Assembly (NCBI RefSeq): GCF_006345805.1
Contig: NC_043005.1
Span: 12,772,001 to 12,836,000, forward strand
Direction: 5' to 3'
Length of the DNA stretch: 64,000 bases
Source of the DNA: Octopus sinensis
Lineage: Eukaryota
Of this stretch, positions 11,952 through 25,048 are shown in pieces (positions within the stretch are counted from its first letter, which is position 1; the number at the start of each line of letters is the position of its first letter). Made by a program: the position numbers and the translations under genes. Below the pieces are notes generated by a model. It did not search any database. It saw nothing but the letters and a program-made list of their open reading frames with translations, and was not told the DNA's origin.

Positions 11952-12259
11952 GTTGTTTGTTCCTTCTCGAGCCTCGCCTGGCTCATAACGGCCGGTTTCC
12001 CGGTTTCCTTGGCGTATAGGTTCCCCACCTAGAAGGGATGTCGGTCCGTCGCAGGTGGGCTGCAAGATGCAGGAGGAAAGAGTGAGAGAAAGTTGTGTGA
12101 GAGAAAGAGTCAGCAGAAGCTCGCCATTGCCTTCTGCCAGAGCCGCGTGGAGCTTAGGTGCTTCGCTCGTAAACACACACATCGCCCGGTCTGAGATTCG
12201 AACCCGCGATCTCTCGACCGCGAGTTCGCTGCTCTAACCACTAGGCCATGTGCATCCAC
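11952..12259 (-). mobile_element. SINE family A2 (A-type tRNA head, different 3' half, CAA-like tail)
   Basis: Homologous over its full length to 54922-55232. Confidence 0.88.
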
Positions 12260-13439
12260 TTCAGGAACTCTAGGTACGCAAAATTATATTTTATAAAGTA
12301 AAGTGAATCAACTCCTGCAAAGAATCGAAACCGTTTCTGTTATTGGTTGCTTCTTTGCAGATTCATCCAATTTACCAGAAATTTCAATTCTAATTCATTA
12401 CTGCAAAGTATGGAAGGAGAACGATTTTAAGGAAATGAACTTCACCATAAAGCCAAGATTTTCAATATCAGGATGTAGAGGAGGATTTAATAGATTAAAC
12501 AGTCATGAAATTCAGATAAGTTTGATTAATTAGCGCTGACTCTTAATTATAATCTTAAAATTAATTGAACTGAATGTGTCATAATAATTCCCTTTAATAA
12601 CATAATGTATATCGGGAGCATTAGCAGCGGCATTTTATTGATGATGAGAGGAATATCAAAGATTATTGAGAGTAATGAGAAAGACGACGAAGGTTACAAA
12701 GACGATGATGATGATGATAATGATCATCATCGTCATCGTCGTCGTCATCATCGTCATCATCATCAGAAAAATACTAATGAGGACCATGCTGATTATTGTA
12801 ACCTTCATCATTATTGTCATCATCAGCATCACCATTGTTTACATCATGTAAAGAGATTTTCCATGCTGTCTCTCAACCAACTATAAAAAGAAACTGTGGA
12901 ATTTCTCTCAAACCAGACGCTGAGAAGAACATTTAATGGTGTGTTTTCTAAATATTCTCTGCTGGAATATAAAATTTGATAGTCTCCCATAGAACGTCTG
13001 TCTTTGTACATTGCTTCTCTTTGGGTCGAACAGGAGATAAATAATATCGAGATACCACAAGAACTGCTGCTATTCAATTTACAACCGAATTCCACCGTTT
13101 GATGCGTTAATGAATTAATAAATAAATCAATTTTCACGGTGTAGTTATCCAATGTTTTACATAACTGCATCGTTCCTTGTTTAATAACATGGTGTGACCC
13201 AAGAGCAATCTTTTGTGCCAGAGACCCAAGGTTCCTTAAAATTTTGTTATTGTATTTTCCTAGACGGAAACTGAAGAGATGTTGTATTCGACATAAGGGT
13301 TCCATTGATGGATTAACTGCAACTAAGGGCAGGTCGAATCATTTTTTTTTGAAGAAACACCTATACGCTGCAACATATATTAAGTACTTTTCGTCTCTTT
13401 TTTAGAACCAAAAGCGCGTATTTATATGTATATACAAGC

Positions 13440-13440
13440 A

Positions 13441-13492
<52 letters not shown>

Positions 13493-13650
13493 TGAGAGAC
13501 AGACAGGTACATACATACATACATACATACATACAAACATACATACATACATACATGCATACATACATACATACATACATACATACATACATACATACAT
13601 ACATACATACATAATACATACATATATATATATATGTAAACGTGTGTGTA
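13440..13650. repeat. (TA)n(GA)n(TACA)n microsatellite
   Basis: Direct reading. Confidence 0.95.
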
Positions 13651-14024
13651 TATACATATGTCCAAACTTGCTTCTCCGCGTTCGCCACCTAATCTCATTT
13701 TGGATTAACAGCCCTTCCTGCTTGTTTTCACTGTCCTGTTTTTGTTACCCATTTTGACCGTCCGCAAAATCCCAATTTTTTTTATCGAAGGCGTATCTTG
13801 TCGCTGAATTGCTCAAAATTCGGATTAGAAAAACAGCCGACTACTGATGAAGGGCCAATCGTTATGTTGCTTGTCTTGTTTTCGTTGTTGCAAAATAGGT
13901 TCATATTCCATGTATTTGTATTCGTATTTCGTATCTCATGATGCCTGTCTGGATGTTTTGTTTTCTCTTTTTTCTATCACCCAATTATCTATATGTTTTG
14001 CGTTCTTCTCCCATTTTTGTATTT

Positions 14025-14025
14025 C

Positions 14026-14122
<97 letters not shown>

Positions 14123-14174
14123 TATATATATATATATATATATAATATATATATACATATATATATATACATAT

Positions 14175-14231
<57 letters not shown>

Positions 14232-14300
14232 TATATATGTATACATATATACATACATACATACATATATATATATATATAATACATATATATATATATT
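14025..14300. repeat. (TA)n microsatellite
   Basis: Direct reading. Confidence 0.95.
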
Positions 14301-14447
14301 GTTGTATTTAGGAATGGTCATTTTGCCAGTTTAGCCAATAAAAACACACGCACTATATATTTGGTGTTACTTTGCTTCAGTGTTATTTATTTTTTACATT
14401 AATCTTGGCTAAACTGGCAAAATGACCATTCCTAAATACAACAATAT
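14296..14447. repeat. Inverted repeat, perfect 43-bp arms, 66-nt spacer
   Basis: ATATTGTTGTATTTAGGAATGGTCATTTTGCCAGTTTAGCCAA at 14296-14338 and its reverse complement at 14405-14447. Confidence 0.95.
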
Positions 14448-14500
14448 CTGTTTCAACACACGACTTCACATAAAAAATCTTGCACAACAAATATTTAAAC

Positions 14501-14553
<53 letters not shown>

Positions 14554-15303
14554 AGAACATACTCTCGGGTACATCTGTATGCGAATGTGACCGTGTGTGC
14601 GTCTGTGTTCACGAGGGACATTTTACATATAGGTATGTTGAATGAAAACATCTTTAGCTATTTAGTCCCAGTTACCTCTCTTAAGGCTAAGATGGACTTC
14701 GCGCTTTGATACATGGAGCTCGACAAAATATGTGCCAACCGACGTACAAAACTCGTCGCTACAAATTGCGCTAAATGCTGTAAATCAGTTGCGCTAATAT
14801 GGCCGCCGAAACCAATAAAAGAGTATACTGCAAATTTGCTACTACAGTCATTTCTATGTCACACCGTCAATATAATGATAAAGGTACACTAATGATATAA
14901 TGTAATGATAACGGTACATCACTAATGATATAAAGTATAACTTCTCTAAAGTAAGATGAATGAGGTAACGTATTTAATTAACAATCAAAGTGAGGTTTCG
15001 CGGTCTATTTCACACTATCGATCATAGTTCTTAAAGATGCTATCGTCTGTCAACGATACAAACTATTGATCACTTGTAATGAAGTCATGATAAAAAAAAA
15101 AAAAACAGATGAATACGTGTCAAGTGCTCATGCTAAAGTTTCACTAACTGCATCATGTTGGTCTAATACCGTTTCGTAGAAGAGCTTAGTAATTCATTCA
15201 TAGTTCATTTTATTTCTCAAAGTGAACAAATAATCGAAGTAGGGTACCTTGCCGACGTCCGCTATAGGTGTATATTTTGTATAATATTCATATATATGCA
15301 AAG

Positions 15304-15885
15304 TGCGACGAGCTGGCAGAAACGTTAGCACGCCGGGCGAAATGCGTAGCGGTATTTGGTCTGCCGTTACGTTCTGAGTTCAAATTGCGCCGAGGTCGAC
15401 TTTGCCTTTCATCCTTTCGGTGTCGATTAAATAAGTACCAGTTACGCACTGGGGTCGATGTAATCGACTTAATTCGTTTCTCTGTCCTTGTTTGTCCTCT
15501 CTGTGTGTAGCCCCTTGTGAGTAGTAAAGAAATAGGTATTTCGTCTGCCGTTACGTTCTGAATTCAAATTCCGCCGAGGTCGACTTTGCCTTTCATTCTT
15601 TCGGGGTCGATAAATTAAGAACCAGTTACGCACTGGGGTCGATGTAATCGACTTAATCCGTTTGTCTGTCCTTGTTTGTCCCTTTGTGTTTAGCCCCTTG
15701 TGGGTAGTAAAGAAATAGGTATTTCGTCTGTCTTTACGTTCTGAATTCAAATTCTGCCATGGTCATCTTTGCCTTTTATCCTTTCGGGGTCGATAAATTA
15801 AGTACCAGTTACACACTGGGTTCGATCTAATCGATTGGTCCCCTCCCCAAAAATTTGGGGTCTTGTGCCAAGAGTAGAAAATAAT
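15304..15885 (+). mobile_element. SINE family C trimer
   Basis: One full unit then two head-truncated units starting GGTATTTCGTCTG at 15535 and 15718; the last unit has the alternative tail. Confidence 0.9.
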
Positions 15886-15899
15886 TTTTATATTTAATT

Positions 15900-16116
15900 A
15901 GGGTGGCGAGCTGGCAGAATCGCTAGTACGCTGAAGGAAATGCGTAGCGGAATTTCTACTGTCGCTACGTTTTGAGTTCAAATTCCGCCGAGTTCGACTT
16001 TGCCTTTCATCCTTTCGGGGTCTGTAAAATAAGTACCAGTGAAACACTGGGGTCGTGTAATCGACTTGTCCCCTCCCCCAAAATTTCAGATCTTGTGCCT
16101 AGAGTAGAAAGGATTG
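15900..16116 (+). mobile_element. SINE family C monomer, alternative tail
   Basis: 15-bp TSD TTTTTATATTTAATT at 15885 and 16117. Confidence 0.88.
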
Positions 16117-16879
16117 TTTTTATATTTAATTGAAACAAAGACAGTATTCTTCAACTGACATATGTTAAATAAAAACTTAAATATTTTGTAAACAAATAAC
16201 AGAAAAATGTATTAAGTACGTCATCTGGAAGAGAGAGATTTGCAAATTATTCTGTATGTAATCGATAAAATATTGGTTCAGAAGCGATGAATTATCAGGA
16301 AATTTTGACGAGAGGTCCAAGCCACATGTGCCAACTTGTTCATTCCCGTAAAAAATTGCTTCCTATTATCGGTTAACTAGTAGAATCGTTAACGTGTCGG
16401 ACAAAATACTTAGTGGCAGTGACAGACTGGGTCTAAAAAATATTGGATTCCAGGAAACTAAGGGGTCCCACTCACAACTGCAATGATATCATTTAATTTT
16501 TTTTTTTTTTTTGTGAAAAGTATTCTTTTCAGCTGAAATAATTAATGCATTCTTCCAGGAGTGAACAAAAAATTCCCAAACATGGGGGTATGGGCCCCTT
16601 AGATACTAACATTAGTACTCATATATAGATTCTAATGGCGCAGGGCCCACTTAGCATCGAACAAGCCGGCAACCCTATTGGAATTCCTTCTGGATCTGTA
16701 TATTCTAAGTCCAACAACTGCGGAGATAAACTCTGCATTTTTTATTCCTTAGGGTCATTAGAATAAAGTACCAGTCATTTCATAAGGTCGATGTCATCAA
16801 CTACACTCTCCCCCCTTCGTTTGTTGGCTTTATACCAAACTTAGAAAGAATTATATCTAATATCACTTTGTTTGTTTAT

Positions 16880-17027
16880 CTGTTTCTCTATATATATGTA
16901 TGAGTGTGTGTAAGTATGCATGTATGTATATGCACTTGTAAGTGTATATATGCGTGTATGTAAGTGTTAACGTATGTTTATGTTTATATATCTAAATATA
17001 TATATAACAGATACATACCTGTACATG

Positions 17028-17077
<50 letters not shown>

Positions 17078-17207
17078 TAAGTATAATATAATATACTTAT
17101 ACACTTATCTATGTCTGTCTATGTGTGCATATATATATATACACACATATATTTATGTGTGTATATATACATATACACACATACATATATATGTAGATAT
17201 ATATATA

Positions 17208-17265
<58 letters not shown>

Positions 17266-17300
17266 GTATGTATATGTATGTATGTATGTATATGTAGCTT
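16880..17300. repeat. (TA)n/(TATG)n microsatellite
   Basis: Direct reading. Confidence 0.9.
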
Positions 17301-18834
17301 GAAAGACCCCGTTATGATGTGTAGTAGGCTAATCACCCATTGATGTGGCTATAATAAGTCAAGTAATTGACTCTGTTTATCGCACTTTTTGTGAGATAAA
17401 CCAATATTGATTGTTTGATTGATAGATAAAAAAAAGTGAACAAAAAGTAAAATAAAAGCGTAAAGAACAACAAAATTATTCAAAAATGGTTAATGTGATG
17501 TCTGAGAGGCAGTTATTGCGAAAATTGATGACAGGATTTATCTGAGATTTCTCTGTTTAGGTGATTTTCGCGTATCATTTAATTTTATTGTTCTTTTATC
17601 TCTTATCGGTTTTTAATTACACATTTTAACCTGTTAGTCACGACAGTAAATCGAGGTTTCGTTTCTATGAGCTGGTTGCAGTCATTGTTAGAAAGCTTAA
17701 TTTGATTTTAGTTTTCAATCTCGATCTTATAAATTCAAACATGATATTAAGAGACGAGTCGGTCAGGTCAACGAAATAGCCTTTATATTATAGTTAGATT
17801 ATCGCTAGATTATCGCAAGCAATAATAACCAACCTGCCATTAAATCACACCCCTACCGGCTTAAATTTAGAAAGGGCACTTCGAATTATGTAGTCGTAGA
17901 TACACTATGAATTTAAAAAAAGTAAACACGGACGAGAATGATCAAAGAGGCCGGAAAGTCTTTGATCATAAATGTTCTCAGTCATGAGAAGTTAAACAAC
18001 ATGGAGACAAACAACAACATACATACACAGACACCTAGACATACAGTGTCGGACTAAAAGTAATGAACATAATCTTTATTGGATTCGGAGCTGATCTGGA
18101 GCTACAAAAGATGGTGGAAAAGATTTTCATTGGATTTCAACCTACCTTTGTCTTCTGTCCCTTAATGCTTTCGAGGACATTGAAAATATTTTAACTCTCA
18201 GAATTTGACCACAGATGAACAGTAACCCATATAAGAAGACTTTATAAAAGAAGGTAACACTTGTTCACAACAAGTATTATTTAAATATCATGGCGTATCA
18301 ATTAGACAGCACATACTAAACTACATCGCCCAATCAAAAACATTTCAGAAAAGAGAGAAGAGCGTCTTACCTCAATGTGTCTAATTTCCGCAACGAGTCT
18401 TCTATAGAAATATTAATCACCCCCGTACTTGACTAGTTGATCTCTTAATCCAACATGGAAGGTTAAAAGGCAAGATTTGAGTTCAGAGTGTAAAGGGATA
18501 CACAGTCCTACAATATTTTGTCCGGCTTTCTAATTATTTTTATTCATTCGATCTTCTGTAGCTTAGAGAATGAGGACGTTTGAAACCTTCGTTTACTCTC
18601 TCTGATATGAATTCAACCGGGGAGAAATTAATGGTTCTCTACGTCAACAGATTTCGTCTTTGGTTCAAGAATAAGACAAGGCATCTGATTACGACGTTGA
18701 TAAATAGCAATAATTGTAAGTTAGGACATATATGTATTTCTCAAACTGTCAAAAGAGGGTATCACATGCCTTATCTATAAAAGAGGAAGCAGAGCAGATG
18801 CTAAAAATTAAAGGCCTATCTCTCTGACTTCACA

Positions 18835-19154
18835 CGTTAGCAAGGTCCTGGAACGCATTTTCAGAACGAGAAATATTCCTCGAAAAGAATAACTTCCTCA
18901 CAAACATATAACATGGCTTCCGCCAAAAGAGGCGCTGCCTCACACAGCGGCTACATTATGTTTGGGTACCGAAACTGCAGGTCAATCACTCAAACGTGGA
19001 TGTGATATATCGCGACTTCGCCACATCGTTTGACAAAGCTGATCAGGGAATACTATGTCACAAACTACACGACCTTGGTATCATTGGAAAACTGTCTGAG
19101 TGGCTACACGACATTTTAAAGGACAGAAGTCAGGCAATTTCAGCCAATGTTGAT

Positions 19155-19232
<78 letters not shown>

Positions 19233-19880
19233 AAGTCACCAATCCGGAGCGGAGTTCCTCAGGTAACTGTACTAGGACCATTCCTGCTTGTAGTTGCACT
19301 GTCAGTCAGCCATTTTCACCAACTACGCTCACGAGAGAAAAGTATGTCAGGGGGTCAAGGACCCTGATGACATACTAAAACTGCAAAATAACCTGCAACA
19401 TATAAATGGGCTGATGAAAATGACATTCAGTTCAATTCTGATAAGTTTCAAGAATTCCGCTGTCGGCCCACGAAAAGACTACAATTGGAATACATAGGAC
19501 CAGGGGGCGGTGCAATCCCAGAGTTAGGATCGGTGCACAACCTGGGAATCCACATGAGTAGTGATGCAACATTCCATGTGCACATTACCAGGAAGGCAAC
19601 AATGAGCGAGTAGTTTGGGGGATTCTTAGATTATTCAGAACCAGAAATAAGGATATCTTGCTACTCCTATGGAGTACATTTGTCCTCAGTTGTCTGGATT
19701 ACTGCAACCAACGGTGGTCGCTGCAGAGCGTCAAATTGATGGCGGAACTTGAGGCAATCCGACGCTACTACACAAAGAACACTGATTCAGGGAAACAGAT
19801 GAGCTACTAAAAGAGGCTACAAGAAATGAAGCTCTACTCCCTAGAGAAGAGGCGAAAAAGGTATGCAGTGATACATACAT
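18835..19880 (+). mobile_element. Older CR1-group LINE RT fragment, interrupted by (CT)n
   Basis: DVIYRDFATSFDKADQGILCHKLHDLGIIGKL and SGVPQVTVLGPFLL are collinear with the 9389-10600 RT. Confidence 0.85.
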
Positions 19881-19898
19881 AATTTTTCCTCTCACACC

Positions 19899-19953
19899 GT
19901 CTCCGATGAAGGGATATTATTATTAATTAATATTCTAGAAACAGCCGTAAGAC
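19899..19953 (+). ncRNA. Hammerhead-like motif with U4C core variant
   Basis: GTCT-CCGATGA-AGGGATATTA...TAATATTCTA-GAAAC-AGCC-GTA-AGAC. Stem I GTCT/AGAC, near-palindromic stem III, GUA triplet. Confidence 0.5.
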
Positions 19954-20011
19954 CTATTTATAAATGCTCTAATATCTATACACCCTTGACTTTTTATCTC
20001 ATTACACAAAA

Positions 20012-20019
<8 letters not shown>

Positions 20020-20053
<34 letters not shown>

Positions 20054-20279
20054 TATATATTATATATATATATATATATGTACATATATGTATGTATATA
20101 TATATATACATATACACACATACACACACATACACACTTACACACACACACACACTCACACACATATATATATATACATATATATATATATACATATATA
20201 CACATGCATATATATACATATACATATGTACATATATGTATGTATATACATATATACGTATATGCATACACACACACTT

Positions 20280-20310
<31 letters not shown>

Positions 20311-20320
20311 CACACACGGG
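20020..20320. repeat. (TA)n/(CA)n microsatellite
   Basis: Direct reading. Confidence 0.92.
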
Positions 20321-20676
20321 GACAATTTTCTATCTGAAATCCGAGATGAGTCCAAATCACAGCAAGGAGGCACAAAGAAGACCAGCTTTATTCAATACTC
20401 TTCACCAAAAACAGTACCGAAATGAAACCCTCCAAAACACTGAAAAGCACTGCTCTAGCCACCAGCAGAAAAAGAATATTTCAAGCGCTACTTTTCCAGC
20501 GATTACGGTCGCTGTCAGCATGTAGGTATACAATTATATACTTTGACTGTAGAATTAGCGTGTTTAGCTCTTATTTCTATGACGGTTATAATTTTCCTGC
20601 CTGCATTTATTATATATCATCGACCACTAACCACTAAAGCATTTTTTATTCTCTCTCTGTTTATTTTCTTGTATTC

Positions 20677-20712
20677 CTTTCTGTTTAAGGGCGTAGGCTC
20701 GAAATGTAAAAG
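20677..20712 (+). ncRNA. Degenerate minimal hammerhead
   Basis: CTTT-CTGTTTA-A-GGGC-GTAG-GCTC-GAAAT-GTA-AAAG. Stems I and II pair but the core is mutated. Confidence 0.3.
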
Positions 20713-21287
20713 ACCTTCTCACCTTCCCGAGCGTCAAACCAATACACCTGTTTGTTGTTTATACACCAGTCTTCGTCTTTTGCTTTTTTATTTTTTTGTT
20801 AATTCCAACTATATATATATATATATATATATATAAGTAAAAGATTTATGTGCGTGTGTGCTTGTCTGTTTATGTGTGTGTGTGTGTGTGTTTGTGTGTG
20901 TGTGTATGTGTGTGCGTTTGCTCATATCTGTGACTGTGTGTGTACTCACATTCTATAATACTAGCAATATTAATGATATTCAGGCGTATCCACTTTTATA
21001 AATACAATATGTTTGTGAAAAGAAAAGAAATATCAGAAAGATAGTCTCAAACCATTACTGGAATACACATTGAAACCAAACACTGCAGGATGGCAAAGAA
21101 ATTCTCTTCGCAGTTATGATATTTCAGGTCCTTTGAGTGTATCCGTGTGGGCAGAAACTTTAGAAATACGCCAACTAGATAGAGTGGGGGCAAAGTAAGA
21201 AAAAATCTGACAGAAGACAAAGCAAGTAAATGAATTCTAATTTGCTGTCCAGATTTTGGTAGCATTTCACACATATTCCAGCAATAT

Positions 21288-21583
21288 CTCTCTAGCCCTT
21301 TTCAAGCCTAGCCAGGCTCATGGGCCCGGTTTCCCTGTTTCTAGGGCGTATGTGTCCCCCCCCCCCCAGCTGGACGGGACACCAGTCCATCGCAGCGTTA
21401 CTCAAGAAACAGGAAGAAAGAGTGAGAGAAAGTTGGGGCGAAAGATTACAACAGGGGTTGACACCCACCCACCCCTGCCGGAGCCTCGTGGAGCTTTAGG
21501 TGTTTGCGCTCAATAAACACACACATCGAAACCGCAATCGAAATGAATCGAAACCGCAATCCTCCGACCGACCACGAGTCCGC
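21288..21583 (-). mobile_element. SINE family A3 (mosaic of A 5' body and A2-like 3' half), 5'-truncated
   Basis: 13-bp TSD ATTCCAGCAATAT at 21275 and 21584. Confidence 0.82.
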
Positions 21584-22076
21584 ATTCCAGCAATATACTT
21601 TATCAATAATGTAGAATTTCCTCCACACGTTTTTACGCTTTGAGTTTCATTGACACCCTCATTTGGCAACCACGTAAACAGTTAAATAGCTTCTCTCCAG
21701 ATTTTATTTAAGTGGATCTTTTGTGTTACTCTCACAGGTTTTTATATTACAAATATGGAAATTTTAATTAAAATACATTTAAATATTCTAAAATTAAGTG
21801 ACGTTCATTTTCGTGGGTCTTATTAATACAATCAATAATTGCATGATGCTAATTAAATGTTCGTGCTTAAACTTACATCATTTAAAATAGTTTATTCAGT
21901 TGAAAAGAATATATTTTACAAAATAAAAGGAACAGCTAAGGAGAAAGAGAAAAAAAGCATCAATGCAGCATTATGTAACTCAATTAGTCGCATACCACAA
22001 GGTTGAACGGAACCTACTGAAGTAAGCCAACACACTCGCGGCCTTACCAGGAGCGATGGCGAGGCTAAGGCGTTGG

Positions 22077-22255
22077 AAAAGTCAAGCACCTTCACGAGAA
22101 TCACCTGATACCTCAGTGAGGCTGCCAACTTTAACGTTAGTTGCCCAGTCCCTCCAAACGTCTCAAAAGTCAAGTACCTTCACGAGAATCACCTGATACC
22201 TCAGTGAGGCTGCCAACTTTACAGTTAGTTGTCCAGTCCCTCCAAACGTCTCAAA
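22077..22255. repeat. Tandem duplication, 88-bp unit x2
   Basis: AAAAGTCAAG(C/T)ACCTTCACGAGAATCACC... starts at 22077 and again at 22165. Confidence 0.92.
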
Positions 22256-23214
22256 TGCCACAGGCAGGAAGAGATAGTTCACTGCCAGCTCCTGGTACTT
22301 CAGGGTTCGCCGAATAGGTTATACTTGGAATTCAAATGCCCAGACGTGTTACATTGTGACACAATGATTCCGCCTGAGTATTGTTGTTACACATACTTAT
22401 GTAACATTCACCCAGTTTCACGCTAATTCAATCAGCCAAATGTTTTATTTGATCCAACTACTGAACACTCATAGTCGACAATAAAATAGACAAATGTTTT
22501 ACTTCAGAGTTGTAAATTAATTTTGACAGCAAGTTTATAATACAATTTTCGTCGCACTTTTACCAATCTTTTTCTTGTAGTTATTACTGACATATAACTT
22601 GAAATAAAAACCCTGAGTAAGGAAATGCAACTGTTATTAAAGAGAATTATGTTACATAACACTTTTTCGTTAAAATCCATTAATTATTTAAATTCCATGC
22701 TTAGAAAAAAAGTTATCTCCCCTGAAACAATTAACGAACGAACGTTACAAGATCGTTGTAAAAGATATCTTTGCGGTACAGACACAATATACGCATGATA
22801 TTGATTTAAAATATGCTTGAACTTCTTTCATTAATTGCAAATATCTTCATTTTAAAGCTAAGAAAACTCATCGTTTCTTGATATAATTTGTCACGATGTT
22901 TTCTTCAATAATATTCATTACGTTACCTTAATGTATTTGAAAATTCCTAGAATTAATTACTAATGTTAACTTCATTTACAAAACCATTAGCGAAACGCCA
23001 TTAGCAACAAACACATCAGTTTAGTTCAACCATCAAATAATTAGAGAAATTATTCTAATTTGTTTTTGGCAATAAATTGCTAATATAACCTGATGCAACA
23101 ATATCGTTGATTTGGCAGCAGTAATAAAGCACCGACCTAACTGTTTTATATTATTTAGTTAAATTCCTCTACGTTCTGAATTTAAATTCCCGTATGGTTA
23201 GTCGAAGACCCTGT

Positions 23215-23597
23215 TGGAAGCACTCCGTCGGTTACGACGATGAGGGTTCCGGTTGATCCGATCAATGGAAGAGCCTGCTCGTGAAATTAACGTGTAAGTG
23301 GCTGAGCACTCCACAGACACGTGTACCCTTAACGCAGTTCTCTGGGATATTCAGCGTGACACAGAGAGTGACAAGGCCGGCCCTTTCAAATACAGGTACA
23401 ACAGAAACAGGAAGTAAGAGTGAGAGAAAGTTGTGGTGAAAGAGTACAGCAGGGATCACCACCATCCCTGCCGGAGCCTCGTGGAGCTTTAGGTGTTTTC
23501 GCTCAATAAACACTCACAACGCCCGGTCTGGGAATCGAAATCGCGATCCTACGACCGCGAGTCCGCTGCCCTAACCACTGGGCCATTGCCCCTCTAC
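23215..23597 (-). mobile_element. SINE family A
   Basis: Near-identical to 7325-7710; TSD AAGACC(C/A)TGT. Confidence 0.92.
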
Positions 23598-24112
23598 AAG
23601 ACCATGTACAATGTTGAGAAAAGCACCACAAGGTGAAGATACATATAGAAGGGAGATCATCGTCATAGTTGCCTATTTACAATTCTGTTCCTTCATATTT
23701 TTACCCAGTTAGGAAGAAAATTTTGTTAATATCGACACTTTTTTTTTTTTAGTTTGTTTGTCAAAATGTAGGTTTCGAAGTTCAGAACCAGATTAGTTGA
23801 CACAGGACACCCATCCAAATCTCCAACTATCCTATCAATCTACCGATAATCTACCGAATTGCTGCTCATTTATCGGCTCGAAAGGATTAAAAGCTGAGTT
23901 GACTTCGACTGGATTTGAATTCTGTGTACGGGTAGCCGGAACAATTCGTCGCTCAAATGATTCTGCCAATTAGTGGTGTTGCTACTTTATATAAAAACAT
24001 CCCAAACATACGGGAGCGGCCTGAAAACTTCAGAAGATGTGAAATCGTGCATGCATTAATTTCACCTCGTCTTATTAACAACTGCATTGTTTCTTTCCAG
24101 GTGAACTGACAT

Positions 24113-24139
24113 ATGATCATCATCATGATCATGATCATG

Positions 24140-24180
<41 letters not shown>

Positions 24181-24197
24181 CATGATCATCATGATCA

Positions 24198-24258
<61 letters not shown>

Positions 24259-24260
24259 CT
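24113..24260. repeat. (ATC)n(ATT)n microsatellite
   Basis: Direct reading. Confidence 0.95.
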
Positions 24261-24435
24261 TTTTTTTCTTCTTTCAAATTTGCTTCCATTTCTTGCCGAG
24301 TGTCTTCCCGACTCCTAGGGCAAAGAAACTCATGGTATACATTGGTAGGCCATTAAACTAAACTCAATAGTTAGTTTTCTTTTAAGTTAAATTAAAATAC
24401 ATGGGTAGTAATAGTTCTTTATTATTATTATTATT

Positions 24436-24989
24436 GAGTGAGAGAGCAGTGCATGCCATCAAAGTGACACTGGGGTAAAATATACGAAGCCCAATATACG
24501 CATCATGACTACCCGTTTGATAAGGGTACACCAGGCACATGCATCACAACCATATGTGCGCGACATGGTGATCTCATATAAAGATAAACAGCACATGACC
24601 TTGCAGGTGGGGCCCAGTTAGAATTTTCTTCAGGTTGAGTAGCCCATCCCGCTCGAAAGGTCCCTGAATAAGAGTTGTTTAAGGATGTTGAAAGAACCAC
24701 CCATGTTTCCAGAGGTGAATTATTCAAACCCCAAAGAATCCCTCTCAACACATGGCTATGATGCTCCCCCACTACTTCTACTCGTGATCAGAGATGCACA
24801 TATCGTCAGCCACTAAGGGACATGCTCAACTGGTTATGGTCAAACAACTGACAAGCAAATCTGTGGTATTGAGCAGAATATTTGCTGTAGCCCATCTTTT
24901 ATACCAAGATAAAACAATGTACATGATAACACTTCCAATCAGTTAAGATCAGAAGCCATGAGAGCCATTGCCTTGTACTGCATCAGGGC

Positions 24990-24990
<1 letters not shown>
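24436..24990 (-). mobile_element. Non-coding interspersed element F (555 bp) embedded in (ATT)n
   Basis: Homologous to 45305-45810 and 45913-46332; (ATT)n on both sides. Orientation is inferred. Confidence 0.8.

Positions 24991-25048
<58 letters not shown>

Noticed and set aside
15304-15885. Regularly spaced repeats resembling a CRISPR array
   Set aside because: The units are 183-bp SINE multimers with no unique spacers, and the context is eukaryotic.
18371-18401. Possible 31-nt minus-strand micro-exon (TTTCTATAG|...GAG|GTAAGA)
   Set aside because: Splice-like motifs of this strength are expected by chance, and there are no partner exons or recognisable peptide.
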